A DNA stretch of 64,000 nucleotides from Eledone cirrhosa (GCA_964016885.1 OZ024744.1:115320001-115384000); one strand, 5' to 3'; counted from the stretch's first letter, positions 30,701 through 42,465 are shown. Notes: generated from the sequence alone by a model not told the origin. A program made the numbers and translations.

Positions 30701-33380
30701 AGGTGGTAGTGTAAGTGGTACAGTAGTGTAGGTGGTAGTATAAGTGGTACACTACTGTATCGCCTACACTACTGTGCCACTTACACTACTATACCACCTA
30801 CACTACTGTACCAGGTATACTACCACCTACACTACTGTACCACGTATACTACCACCTACACTACTTTACCCCTTACACTACCACCTACACTACTGTTCAA
30901 CTTACTCTACCACCTACACTACTGTACCACTTAAACTACCACCTACACTAACACTTACACTACTGTACCACTAATACTACCACCTATACTACCACTTACA
31001 TTACCACCTACTCTATTGTACCACCTCCACTACTGTACCACTTACACTACTGTACCGCTTACACTACCACCTACACTACTCTACCACTTACATTACCACC
31101 TACACTACTGCACCACTTATACTACCACCTACACTACTGTTCCACTTACACAATTGTACCACTTAAACTACCACCTACACTATTGTAGGTGGTAGTGTAA
31201 GTGGTACAGTAGTGTAGGTAGTAGTATAAGGGGTACAATTGTGTAGGTGGTAGCAAAGGTTTTACAGTAGTGTAGGTGGTAGTATAAGTGGTACAGTAGT
31301 GTAGGTGGTAGTATAAGTGGTACAGTAGTATAGGAGGTAGTGTAAGTGGTACAGTATTGTAGGTAGTAGTATAAGTGGTACAGTAGTGTAGGTAGTAGTA
31401 TAAGTGGTACCGTAGTGTAGGTAGTAGTGTAAGTAGTAAAGTAGTGTAGGTGGTAGTGTAAGTGGTACAGTAGTGTAGGTGGTAGTGTATGTGGTAGTGT
31501 AAGTGGTACAGTAGTGTAGGTGGTAGTGTAAGCCGTACAGTAGTGTAGGTGGTAGTATATGTTTTACAGTAGTGTAGGTGGTATAATAGTGTAAGGGGTA
31601 AAGTAGTGTAGGTGGTAGTATAAGTGGTACAGTAGTGTAGGTGGTAGTATAAGTGGTATAGTAGTGTAGGTGGTAGTGTAAGTGGTACAGTAGTGTAGGT
31701 GGTAATGTAAGTGGTACACTACGATAACCTCTACACTACTGTACCACTTACACTACCACCTCCACTACTGTACCACTAATACTACGACCTATACTATCAC
31801 TTACACTACCATCTACACTACCGTACCATTTACACTAAAAACTACACTCTGTACCACTCATAGTACCACCTACACTACTGTACCACTTACACTACCACCT
31901 ACACTACTGTTCCACTTACTCTACCACCTACACTACAGTACCCCTTACACTACTGTACCACTTACACTACCACCTACACTACTGTACCACTTATACTACC
32001 ACCTACACTACTGTACCACTTAAACTACCACCGACAATATTGTACCACCTACACTACCACTAATACTACCACCTATACTACCACTTACACTACCACCTAC
32101 ACTATTGTACCACCTACACTACTGTACCCCTTAAACTACCACCTACACTACTGTACCACTTATACTACCATCTACACTACTGTACCCCTTACACTACTGT
32201 ACCACTTTCATTACCACCTACACTACAGCACTACATAAACTAACACATACACTACTGTTCCACTTAAACTACCACCTACACTACTGTAGGTGGTAGTGTA
32301 GCTGGTACAATAGTGTAGTTGGTAGATTATATTGTGCTGTAGTGTAGGTGGTAATGTAAGTGGTACAGTAGTGTAGATGGTAGTATAAGTGGTAAATAGT
32401 GTAAGTGGTACAGTAGTGTAGGTGGTAGTGTAATTGGTACAGTAGTGTAGCTGGTAGTGTAAGTGGTAGAGTAGTGTAAGTGGTACAGTAGTGTAGGTGG
32501 TAGTATAAGGGGTACAATTGTGTAGGTGGTAGTATAGGTTTTACAATAGTGTAGGTGGTAGTATAAGTGGTACAGTATTTTAGGAGGTAGTGTAAGTGGT
32601 ACAGTAGTGTAGGTGGTAGTATAAGTGGTACAGTAGTGTAAGGGGTACTGTAGTCTAGGTGGTAGTATAAGTGGTACAGTAGTGTAGGTGGTAGTGTAAG
32701 TAGTACAGTAGTGTAGGTGGTAGTGTAAGTGGTACAGTAATGTAGGTGGTAGTGTAAGTGGTACAGTAGTGTAGGTGGTAGTATAGGTGGTAGTGTAAGT
32801 GGTACAGTAATGTAGGTGGTAGTGTAAATGGTACAGTAATGTAGGTGGCAGTGTAAGTGGTACAGTAGTGTAGGCGGTAGTGTAAGTGGTTCAGTAGTGT
32901 AGGTGGTAGTGTAAGTGGTACAGTAGTGTAGGTGTTAGTGTAAGTGGTACAGTAGTGTAGGTGGTAGTATAAGTGGTACAGTTGTGTAGGTGGTAGTGTA
33001 AGTGGTACACTACTGTAACCCCTACACTACTGTACCACTTACACTACCACCTCCACTACTGTACCACTAATACTACCACCTATACTACCACCTACACTAC
33101 CGTACCATTTACACTACCACCTACACTCTGTTCCACTTATAGTACCACCTACACTACTGTATCACTTACACTACTACTTATACTACCACCTACACTACTG
33201 TACCACTTTTACTACCACCTACACTACTGTACCACTTACACTACAACCTAAACTACTGTACCACTTACACTGCCACCTACACTACTGTACCACTTACACT
33301 ACCACCTACACTACTGTACGACTTATACTACCACCTACACTACTGTACCACCCGTACTACAACCCATACTACCACCCATA
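6745..33380. repeat. ~26.6-kb degenerate CACTAC-rich satellite; core ~29-bp unit CTACTGTACCACTTACACTACCACCTACA built from 9-11 bp sub-repeats; inverted blocks in 28161-33008
   Basis: Read directly from the sequence. Strong strand asymmetry (G-poor plus strand) that flips in four blocks. Confidence 0.97.
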
Positions 33381-33469
33381 AAATTAAAACTTCCTACAGA
33401 GAAACTGATAAAATTAAAAGTAAAGACTTCCCCTCTCCAGCAAAAAAATGGTAAAACAAAATATTATAC

Positions 33470-33616
33470 CTGACGTTATTTTAGGAGCAACCTGAAAATC
33501 AGCGAAATCCTCATCTCCATACAAATTTTCTCTTGGGGTCTGTAGAAGTTCTTTAGTTAATGTTCCAAAGACTGGAGCACTCTGAGACGTGCTAAGTTGA
33601 GTGGAAGCATTTAATC
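33470..33616 (-). CDS. SYNRG: Synergin gamma coding exon D (147 bp, phase 1 to 1) with gamma-adaptin ear-binding motif
   Basis: TTAG acceptor and GTATAA donor. Translates LNASTQLSTSQSAPVFGTLTKELLQTPRENLYGDEDFADFQVAPKITS. DFADF fits the [DE]FxxF AP-1 gamma-ear/GAE ligand motif typical of synergin gamma. Phase is compatible with exon C. Confidence 0.82.
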
Positions 33617-33869
33617 CTAACGGATGAATAAATAAATGTGTGAAGAAAGAACTTGCAGGAATTATATTTATATACTTGTATTTTTAACTGTTGTCAATCA
33701 ATGATAAACATTGATTACCAACTAAATTATTTATAGAAATATAAAAACATACTGAAGTGAATACCAAGCCAAACAGTAGTGCGTTTTACTATTTTGGCCA
33801 ATATTAACACTTTAGCATTTAAACCAGCCATATCCGGCCAGTATAATATCGAAATTTAATAGATACGAT

Positions 33870-36800
33870 ATTATGTGAGATAATTATGTGAGATAAAGCT
33901 TTTCCCGTGAAAATATATAGAGTAATGTAAATATTATGTGAGATATTATGTGTGGTAAAGCCTTTACTGTGAAAATACAATAGTAAATATAGAGTAATGT
34001 AAATATTATGTGTGGTAAAGCCTTTACTGTGACAATACAATAGTAAATATAGTGTAATGTAAATGTTATGTGAGGTAAAGCCTTTACTGAGACAATACAA
34101 TAGTAAATATAGAGTAATGTAAATGTTATGTGAGGTAAAGCCTTTACTGGGAAAATACAATAGTATATATAGAGTAATGTAAATGTTATGTGAGATATTA
34201 TGTGAGGTAAAGTCTTTACTGTGAAAATACAATAGTATATAGAGAGTAATGTAAATGTTATGTGAGATATTATGTGAGGTAAAGTCTTTACTGTGAAAAT
34301 ACAATAGTATATATAGAGTAATGTAAATGTTATGTGAGATATTATGTGAGGTAAAGCCTTTACTGTGAAAATACAATAGTATATATAGAGTAATGTAAAT
34401 GTTATGTGAGATATTATGTAAGATAAAGCCTTTACTGTGACAATACAATAGTATATATAGAGTAATGTAAATGTTATGTAAGATATTATGTGAGGTAAAG
34501 TCTTTACTGTGAAAATACAATAGTATATATAGAGTAATGTAAATGTTATGTGAGATATTATGTGAGGTAAAGCCTTTACTGTGACAATACAATAGTATAT
34601 ATAGAGTAATGTAAATGTTATGTAAGATATTATGTGAGGTAAAGTCTTTACTGTGAAAATAAAATAGTATATAGAGAGTAATGTAAATGAAATGTGAGAT
34701 ATTATGTGAGGTAAAGCCTTTACTGTGAAAATACAATAGTATATATAGAGTAATGTAAATGTTATGTGAGAAATTATGTGAGGTAAAGACTTTATTGTGA
34801 AAATACAAAGGTATATTTAGAGTAATGTAAATGTTATGTGAGATATTATGTGAGGTAAAGCCTTTACTGTGAAAATACAATAGTATATATAGAGTAATGT
34901 AAATGTTATGTGAGGTAAAACCTTTACTGGGAAAATACAATAGTATATATAGAGTAATGTAAATGTTATGTGAGGTAAAGCCTTTACTGGGAAAATACAA
35001 TAGTATATAGAGAGTAATGTACATGTTATGTGAGATATTATGTGAGGTAAAGCCTTTACTGTGAAAATACAATAGTATATAGAGAGTAATGTAAATGTTA
35101 TCTGAGGTAAAGCCCTTACTGTAAAAATACAATAGTATATATAGAGCAATGTAAATGTTATGTGAGTTATTATGTGAGGTAAAGACTTTACTGTGAAAAT
35201 ACAATAGTATATAGAGAGCAATGTAAATGTTATGTGAGATATTATATGAGGTAAAGCCTTTACTGTGAAAATACAATAGTATATAGAGAGTAATGTAAAT
35301 GTTATCTGAGGTAAAGCCCTTACTGTGAAAATACAATAGTATATATAGAGTAATGTAAATGTTATGTGAGATATTATGTGAGGTAAAGCCTTTACTGTGA
35401 AAATACAATAGTATATATAGAGTAATGTAAATGTTATGAGATATTATGTGAGGTAAAGCCTTTACTGTGAAAATACAATAGTATATATAGAGTAATGTAA
35501 ATGTTATGTGAGTTATTATGTGAGGTAAAGCTTTTACTGTGAAAATACAATAGTATATAGAGAGTAATGTAAATGTTATGTGAGATATTATGTGAGGTAA
35601 AGCCTTTACTGTGAAAATACAATAGTATATATATAGAGTAGTGTAAATGTTATGTGAGATATTGTGTGAGGTAAAGCCTTTACTGTGAAAATACAATAGT
35701 ATATATAGAGTAATGTAAATGTTATGTGAGGTATTATGTGAGGTAAAGCCTTTACTGTGAAAATACAATAGTATATATAGAGTAATGTAAATGTTATGTG
35801 AGATATTATGTGAGGTAAAGCCTTTACTGTGAAAATACAATAGTATATATAGAGTAATGTAAATGTTATGTGAGATATTATGTGAGGTAAAGCCTTTACT
35901 GTGAAAATACAATAGTATATATAGAGTAATGTAAATGTTATGTGAGATATTATGTGATGTAAAGTCTTTACTGGGAAAATACAATAGTATATATAGAGTA
36001 ATGTAAATGTTATGTGAGATATTATGTGAGGTAAAGCCTTTACTGTGAAAATACAATAGTATATATAGATTAATGTAAATGTTATGAGATATTATGTGAG
36101 GTAAAGCCTTTACCATGAAAATACAATAGTATATATAGAGTAATGTAAATGTTATGTGAGATATTATGTGATGTAAAGTCTTTACTGGGAAAATACAATA
36201 GTATATATAGATTGGCAGTATCGGTAGAGGGTCGGACGCCATGCTTTGACGCATAGAGTTACGGCCCTTGCCATTCTGAGTTCAAATCCCGCCGAGGTTA
36301 ACTTTGCTTTTCATCCTTTCGGGGTCGATAAAATAAAGTACCAGTAATACACTGGGTAATTGCTGGCCTTGTGTCTAACGTAGAAACAAGTATATATAGA
36401 GTAATGTAAATGTTATGTGAGATATTATGTGAGGTAAAGCCTTTACTGTGAAAATACAATAGTATATATAGGGTAATGTAAATGTTATGTGAGATATTAT
36501 GTGAGGTAAACCCTTTACTGTGAAAATACAATAGTATATATAGAGTAATGTAAATGTTATGTGAGATATTATGTGAGGTAAACCCTTTACTGTGAAAATA
36601 CAATAGTATATATAGAGTAATGTAAATGTTATGTGAGATATTGTGTGAGGTAAAGCCTTTACTGTGAAAATACAATAGTATATATAGAGTAATGTAAATG
36701 TTATGTGAGATATTATGTGAGGTAAAGCCTTTACTGTGAAAATACAATAGTATATATAGAGTAATGTAAATGTTATGTGAGATATTGTGTGAGGTAAAGC

Positions 36801-37050
36801 CTTTACTGTGAAAATACAATAGTATATATAGAGTAATGTAAATGTTATGTGAGATATTATGTGAGGTAAAGCCTTTACTGTGAAAATACAATAGTATATA
36901 TAGAGTAATGTAAATGTTATGTGAGATATTGTGTGAGGTAAAGCCTTTACTGTGAAAATACAATAGTATATATAGAGTGATGTAAATGTTATGTGAGATA
37001 TTATGTGATGTAAAGTCTTTACTGTGAAAATACAATACTATGTATAGAGT
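33870..37050. repeat. 72-bp AT-rich tandem satellite with 60-bp variants, ~42 copies
   Basis: Unit ATGTGAGGTAAAGCCTTTACTGTGAAAATACAATAGTATATATAGAGTAATGTAAATGTTATGTGAGATATT. The 60-bp form lacks the 12-bp ATGTGAGATATT sub-repeat. Confidence 0.97.
36212..36388 (+). mobile_element. tRNA-derived SINE inserted in the 72-bp satellite
   Basis: A-box-like TGGCAGTATCGGTAG, B-box GAGTTCAAATCC, body ACTTTGCTTTTCATCCTTTCGGGGTCGATAAAATAAAGTACCAG. 12-bp TSD AGTATATATAGA at 36200-36211 and 36389-36400. Second copy at 44611-44792. Confidence 0.88.
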
Positions 37051-37094
37051 AAATGGTAAAGGGTTAACACAACATATAATATATATATATAACA

Positions 37095-37278
37095 GTTGAC
37101 CAACAAGATCCCAGACCTCATTTGCTTAACAAGTGAGGTGGAGCTCGTCAAATCAAACGAAAGAAACAATGTTTGCATTGGTCTTTCCAGTTGCTAATAA
37201 TGCATCGCCTGGTCTGAGAATTGAACTCACAACCTCATAATTGTGAATCCAATACTCTAACAACTCAGCCACACTCCT
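37095..37278 (-). mobile_element. Degenerate tRNA-derived SINE, second family
   Basis: The minus strand begins GGAGTGTGGCTGAGTTGTTAGAG...GTGAGTTCAATTCTCAGACC, with A/B-box-like spacing. The 3' boundary is approximate. Confidence 0.55.
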
Positions 37279-37439
37279 TCACAACATGACCCTCCTCAAA
37301 TATGACAATACCTGTTTCAACAAATGATTTCATATGAAAAACCTTGCAAAATAAATACATCACCATATTTAATAAATCATTAATGTGATGAAAGACATAA
37401 AACAAAGCAAGCAATAAAGTTTTAATATGAAATACATAC

Positions 37440-37680
37440 CAAACGTGGTCTCTAGCAGAGATGTTGGGGTAGATGAAGTCGATGCAGGTCTAACTGACGT
37501 GGATGATGAATTTGTTAACATTGTTCCACTGCTACCTGAAGATGCTAAAGATACTCCTAAGTTTGTGATAGCACTCTGTTGAGAAGGAGTCATTTGAGTG
37601 GCTGAGGCTTGATTGAAATATGGCACTGGTGGAGAAGGTAACTGATGAAGAATCTCCAGGGAAGGAATTCCTTGGTTATT
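37440..37680 (-). CDS. SYNRG: Synergin gamma coding exon C (241 bp, phase 0 to 1), end of EH region plus Ser/Thr-rich linker
   Basis: TTTCTAG acceptor and GTATGT donor. Translates NNQGIPSLEILHQLPSPPVPYFNQASATQ...TSLLETTF, in frame with exon B. The HQLPSPPVP segment resembles the SYNRG NQFPAAPIP segment (from recall). Confidence 0.82.
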
Positions 37681-37823
37681 CTAGAAACAAATGAAATAAC
37701 AATGACAATATCATCAGAAGAATGTTTCTTTTGTTTTTCACATGTTAACATCATGAGCAACTATAATAATAGCAAATGTGTGTATATTTATATATATATA
37801 TTTATATATATATATATAACATT

Positions 37824-37902
37824 TAATATAGAAAGGGCTTCAACGGGACTAGAACTGTTTCATTCAAAACAAATCATCATCATAGAAGCCATTTCTATAT
37901 TA
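37824..37902. mobile_element. Small hairpin MITE remnant, related to 44507-44601
   Basis: Terminal inverted repeat TAATATAGAAA...TTTCTATATTA. Its internal GGACTAGAACTGTTT matches the right arm of the 44507 element (reverse complement). Confidence 0.55.
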
Positions 37903-38019
37903 CATTTTGTATATACTCTACTAATGTATTGAGTCTTTACTGTGGTTACCCCCGATTGTTAAAGCGCCTGTATGCGGTAGGCCATATGAGCACTCAATGC
38001 CCTCGTAGAGCAGAGTATG

Positions 38020-38357
38020 ATATCACAGAAAAAAGAGAATCAGTGTTGCGACGAAAGGAATTTATTGGACATATTACAAATGCTTCTCAGGTGACCAGTT
38101 CGAGGCACGATCAATGTGGTGATCACACCTGACTCTGAAATCTCTCGGTCGTCGGATACTTCTCGATTCTACGAAGCAGATTTTCTATAGGCAAATCTGC
38201 TTCGTAGAATCGTGACGTATCTGACGACCATGTTGATTTCAGAGTCGGGTGTGATCACCACATCGACCGTGCCTCGAGCTGGTCACCCGAGAAGCATTTG
38301 TAATATGTCCAATAAATTCCTTTCGTCGCAACACTGATTCTCTTTTTTCTGTGATAT
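38020..38357. mobile_element. ~340-bp fold-back (palindromic) element/MITE
   Basis: Arms of ~165 bp (ATATCACAGAAAAAAGAGAATCAGTGTTGCGACG...GCAGATTT and its reverse complement) around a 9-nt loop at 38184-38192. TA-rich flanks. Confidence 0.9.
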
Positions 38358-38496
38358 ATATATATATGTAGTTGTCTGCTGACACTCACTAAGGAAGGAA
38401 GGGAGGGATAAACTGTATCTGACAAATATCTAAAATAATACAATTAGCCTTCCTTTATTACAGCACAGGGTCAGCTAGGAAATAATATTTATAATT

Positions 38497-40372
38497 CATC
38501 ATCATCATTTAACAGCTATCTTCCACGCTAGCATGGGTTTAGACGGGAATTGTCCTACTTGAGGCAAGATTGGTCGGGTGACCATGTCTCGCTCGTATAG
38601 GACTGCCCGGTAGGTTTTCTATGGCTGGATGCCCTTCCTTATGCCAACCAGTGTGGACTGGGAGGTTTTAACTGTGTTACCTACACGGCCACATTACAGC
38701 GTGGACTGTGTGTTTTTTTGTTGTGACACCTACACAACCTCATTTATTTTGGACTGGATGTTGTGGTGCCAACATAACTTTACAGAGAAAGGGGTGGTGT
38801 TGGTAGGGGTGGGGTGGAGTAGGGGTAGTGGGATGGGGTGTATATTTGGTTAAGAGGTGCCTACTGACTGTAGGTTTCGCTTTGTACATAGGCAAGGCGG
38901 GTCTTCTGTACTACTGCAAGGAACCAAAGATCTCAGTCCAGTGACATTGTCTTACAGAGGTGTAAGTGTGTAAGGTCGGAATTTATCAAATCGTCCCAGG
39001 TTTTTCTGGATCTACCTACTTCCACCAATGTAACTTCCACCAATTTTGATCGCCCTGCACTTTTTTATACAACTGTCGTCTTTCATGTGCATCACGTGAC
39101 CATACCAACGTAGTCTTCTCTCAAGTAAACAGCATCTGATCCCTCTTATTCCTAATTTCTCACTTAGTTCATTTATGCTTTGCCGTTTGCATATATTAAT
39201 TATTGTTACACATCCAACGGAGCATGGATGCTTCGTTCCTCTCCAGTCTGTGCAGATCCTCTGCACACAAAGCCCATGTCTCACTGCCATGTAACATTGC
39301 TGTTCGTATACAGGCATTATACAATCTGCCTTTCATTTTTAGTGAAAAACCTTTAGTGGCCAACAGTGGTTTAAGCTCTCTGAACTTTTTCCATCCCGTT
39401 TTGACTCTGGCTACTGTACTTTCAGAGCACCCTCCACTACTGCTGATTTTGTCACCCAGGTAACGGAAGGTGTCCACTATTTCTATAGAATCATCTGGGC
39501 AATAGAAGGAGCTAGTATCCTGTGGGCACTTGCTACTTATTGCACCTGAGCATCGGCCACATATAAAATCTATGTTCTTAGATAGCTTACCTGTGATCCC
39601 ACTACATCTTTATGTACCCATAGTTTGCATTTGGGACATAATATGGAATTTCTGCCTACTCCTTTCCTACACACTGAGCATGGCCATTTCCCAGAGGGCA
39701 CCTGAGCCCTAGTTTCCTTTCTACATACTAGAACTTTAGTCTTAGACAAGTTAACTTTAAGGCCTTTTGATTCTAGGCCATGCTTCCATGTTTCGAATTT
39801 CTTCTCTAGTTCAGCCATCAATTCAGCTATGAGAGTTAGATCATCAGCCGGTCTTGTTATATCCTGAAGGGCAATAATAAACAGGAGGGGGCTAAGGACA
39901 GAGCCTTGATGAACACCAACTTTTACGCTAAATTCTTCACTATATTCGTTGTTAATTCTAACCTTGCTGACTGTTTCTTTATACATGGCTTGTATAGCTC
40001 TCACAAGCCATTCATCAACACCTAGTTTTCTAAGAGCCCACCAGATAATGGAGTGGGGGACTCTGTCAAAGGCTTTCTCCAAGTCAACAAAAGCTAAGTA
40101 TAGGGGTTTACTTTTAGCTAGGTGCTTCTCCTGTAGTTGTCGTACAAGGAAAAGAGCGTCCGTGGTACTTTTACCTGACACAAACCCAAACTGCATTTCG
40201 TCTAGATCAATTCGCTCTCTGATTAGTTGCGCTATAACTCTTTCTGTGACCTTCATGACCTGGTCAACCAATTTAATGCCTCTATAGTTTCCCCTACCTA
40301 GGGCATCTCCTTTACCCTTGTAGCAGTTAATATTGATTCTGCTATGCCAGTCATTTGGTATGACCCCATTTT
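38497..40372 (-). mobile_element. RTE-clade LINE, 3' half (RT, PHD-like Cys region, C-terminal domain, 3'UTR, (GAT)n tail); inactive
   Basis: Translates IPNDW...NYRGIKL...MQFGF...FVDLEKAFDRV...GVHQGSVLSPLLF. A deletion removes the residues before ADD (QDITRPADDL, no YADD). Contains WPCSVCRKGVGRNSILCPKC, MLHGSETW and RRLRWYGHV, with frameshifts. (CAT)n at 38497-38508. Confidence 0.93.
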
Positions 40373-40374
40373 TG

Positions 40375-41300
40375 CTGTTGTGTATTGCAGCAATCCAGCC
40401 CCTGAACACGGGTCCCAAGCCTGCCGCCTCGAGCACCGCATCCAGGTAACGATGGTCAACCCTATCAAAAGCCTTAGACTGATCCAAGTTGATCAGGGCC
40501 CCACCGAAGTCGGGTTTACACACTACCCTCTCTATGATGTATCGCATGAGGTGGAGGTTGTCGTGTATGGACCTGGTCAACATTGCGCATGTCTGCACTT
40601 CTCCCACCAGGTTTTCGACGACAAGCGCCAGCCTCTTTGCCAACACCTTGGCCAAAATCTGTAACTCTGTGTTGAGCAGAGTTATGGGCCGGAAGTTGCC
40701 TATGTCATCCCCCTTATTCTCGTCCTTCCTGACTAACGTGATTACGCCTTTGGTCACAGAACTGGGAATTCTCCCGTTCTGCTGCTAGTTGCAGTAGACC
40801 GCTTCCAGGAGACTGGAGAACAAGTCCAGCATTGCTCTGTAAAATTTGTAGGGTAGACCGTCGAGACCTGGAGATTTGCGTTTGCCGCATTGGCTCAGCG
40901 CGTCCCCAATCTCAGTGGCCGAAATCGGCCTTTCGCAGAACTTCGCCTCGCTGTCCGAGAGTCGCAGTAGGCCATTGAGGTATGGACCGAAATCCATAGC
41001 CCCTCCCGGCGTGCCGCCCTGCCTGAACAGTTGAGCAAAGTGCCGCTGAAAAGCCGCGCACATTTGCTTCGGCTCACGTATCACGCATCCGTCTTGGTCC
41101 TTCAAAGACCGAATCGTGTACTTGTTGCCACTTTTCGCCTCCGTCACTCGGGCCCAGCTAACAGCTTTGGCTCCCTCATTTCCCAGAGCACGTATTTTGC
41201 TTCTGACTACGCAACCCTCATGCTTTGTGTCGAAGAACAGGTCCAGGGCCGTTCTTGTCGCTAGCATGCTGGCTCATTGCCACTCCTAAGTGCCTCTTCT
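40375..41300 (-). mobile_element. L1/Tx1-clade LINE ORF2 internal fragment (linker plus RT N-terminal motifs)
   Basis: Translates KSPGLDGLPYKFY...GVITLVRKD...NFRPITLLNTELQILAKVLAKRL...QTCA...RSIHDNLHLMR...LDQSKAFDRVDH. GC-richer than the flanks. In-frame stop at 40785-40787. Confidence 0.85.
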
Positions 41301-41329
41301 ACTTTATCTAAGTTTGTGTAACAGATATA

Positions 41330-41835
41330 TTTCTTTATTAGCCACAAGGGCGCACAAGAAAAGGGGACAATACAAAGACATGCCGGGTATTTTACATACA
41401 GTCGTGTAAAAAATATAAAAACAAACAATTACAACAATCGAAATCCCCAATAGGGGGGAGGCGCCACAAATGGGTTGTTTAATACCCTGTCGATAGAACA
41501 ACCCTCAACTCCAGGAGCGTGTTGTGCAAGTGCTCCTTTCTTCCTTTTGCTCTCTTCCTCAACCTACATGATAAACAGAGAAGGCCCAATCACTCGGGCC
41601 ATTTTCGCTTCATTCACCCACCTTTCAGTAAATTTACTGGGGTGCAGTGCCTCTCTCTCCACCCTGATTCTCCTTCTAAAGTGATACTTAAAGAAGGGAA
41701 TCAATTGTTGTCCGGAGAGAAAGGCATCTGTCCTCAGTCCTCTCAACCTCGTCCACCATATAACTTCTTTCACCATAGCCACCGTACAAAGGAAAACTGC
41801 CTCTCTTTCGTTTTTGAAAGAGGCTGGCAGTTTGT
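41330..41835 (-). mobile_element. L1/Tx1-type LINE C-terminus and 3'UTR, same family as the 3106-3474 insert
   Basis: Translates AMVKEVIWWTRLRGL...FFKYHFRRRIRVERE, followed by a 3'UTR ending GGCTAATAAAGAAA. Nearly identical to 3106-3474. Confidence 0.8.
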
Positions 41836-42400
41836 TTAACAGATAGTTAGGTTATTAGCGTCACAGAATTCCAGGATTCTGGAGCCTTCCTCATTTCTAG
41901 TACCAAACCCATAGCCTCCATGGATTCCGTCATAGCCGTCACAATGTTGTCCAATGTGACCATTTAGGTCGCCAGCAATAGCTATGTAGTCACTGTCAGT
42001 TATTTGGGAGGTAGTGAGCATTAACGACTCATAGAATCTGTTTTTTATAACGCCAGGCAGTCCAGATTGGGGTGCATAAGCAGATATTATTGTCACAGTA
42101 GTTCTGTTTAGGACTAGTCTTATTTTAATTATTCTGTCGTTCACTCTATTTACGTCTATTATCTTATCTGCCCACTTTTCTGCTACCATGAATCCTACTC
42201 CACCCAGCCCATTGTCATTTCCCACCCAGAAAAGTTTATAGCATCGTTTTTTTACTCACAATGAATCTAGCAGACCCACCCCTCCACCTAGTCCCTTGAA
42301 CACAACAAACATCAACTTTCTTACGTTCAAGCATCTCTACAACCTCGTTAGAGCGACCTTTTAAGGTGCCTACATTCATGGTACCAACTCTGAAGTTTTG
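41836..42400 (-). mobile_element. RTE-clade LINE apurinic endonuclease (APE) domain fragment
   Basis: Translates GTMNVGTLKGRSNEVVEMLERKKVDVCCVQ...GGVGFMV...IISAYAPQ...IAGDLNGHIG...GYGFGTRNEEGSRILEFC, with a frameshift near 42250. The element may extend 5' to ~43000. Confidence 0.9.
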
Positions 42401-42440
42401 GATTTCGTTGGGTGGGTGGAAGGGATGGGTTGGAGGTGCA

Positions 42441-42465
42441 GGGGGGGGGGGGGGGGGGGGGGGGG
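42441..42465. repeat. G25 homopolymer
   Basis: Read directly; lies just 5' of the RTE endonuclease coding region (poly-C on the element strand). Confidence 0.95.

Larger units (their letters stand above)
33804..37067. mobile_element. piggyBac-like non-autonomous element (MITE) expanded by an internal 72-bp array
   Basis: TTAA at 33804-33807 followed by CACTTTAGCATTT; AAATGGTAAAGGG at 37051-37063 followed by TTAA at 37064-37067. The termini are inverted repeats (11/13 match) with a TTAA target duplication and a CCC/GGG-type end. Confidence 0.7.

Noticed and set aside
6713-32517. Many His/Tyr/Thr-rich ORFs suggesting a His-rich or mucin-like protein
   Set aside because: They come from a G-poor simple satellite, read the same in all frames with frequent indels, and flip with the inversions.
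28161-33008. TAGG/GT-rich blocks as interstitial telomere repeats
   Set aside because: There are no TTAGGG or TTAGG arrays; the blocks are simply the reverse complement of the CACTAC satellite.
33819-37035. 811-aa and 245-aa repeat ORFs on the minus strand
   Set aside because: These translate a 72/60-bp satellite, shift frame at 70/74-bp units, and the longer one starts inside a SINE.
36212-37278. Possible tRNA genes
   Set aside because: A/B boxes are present but I see no convincing cloverleaf. The first has a SINE body, TSDs and a second copy, so both are better read as SINEs.
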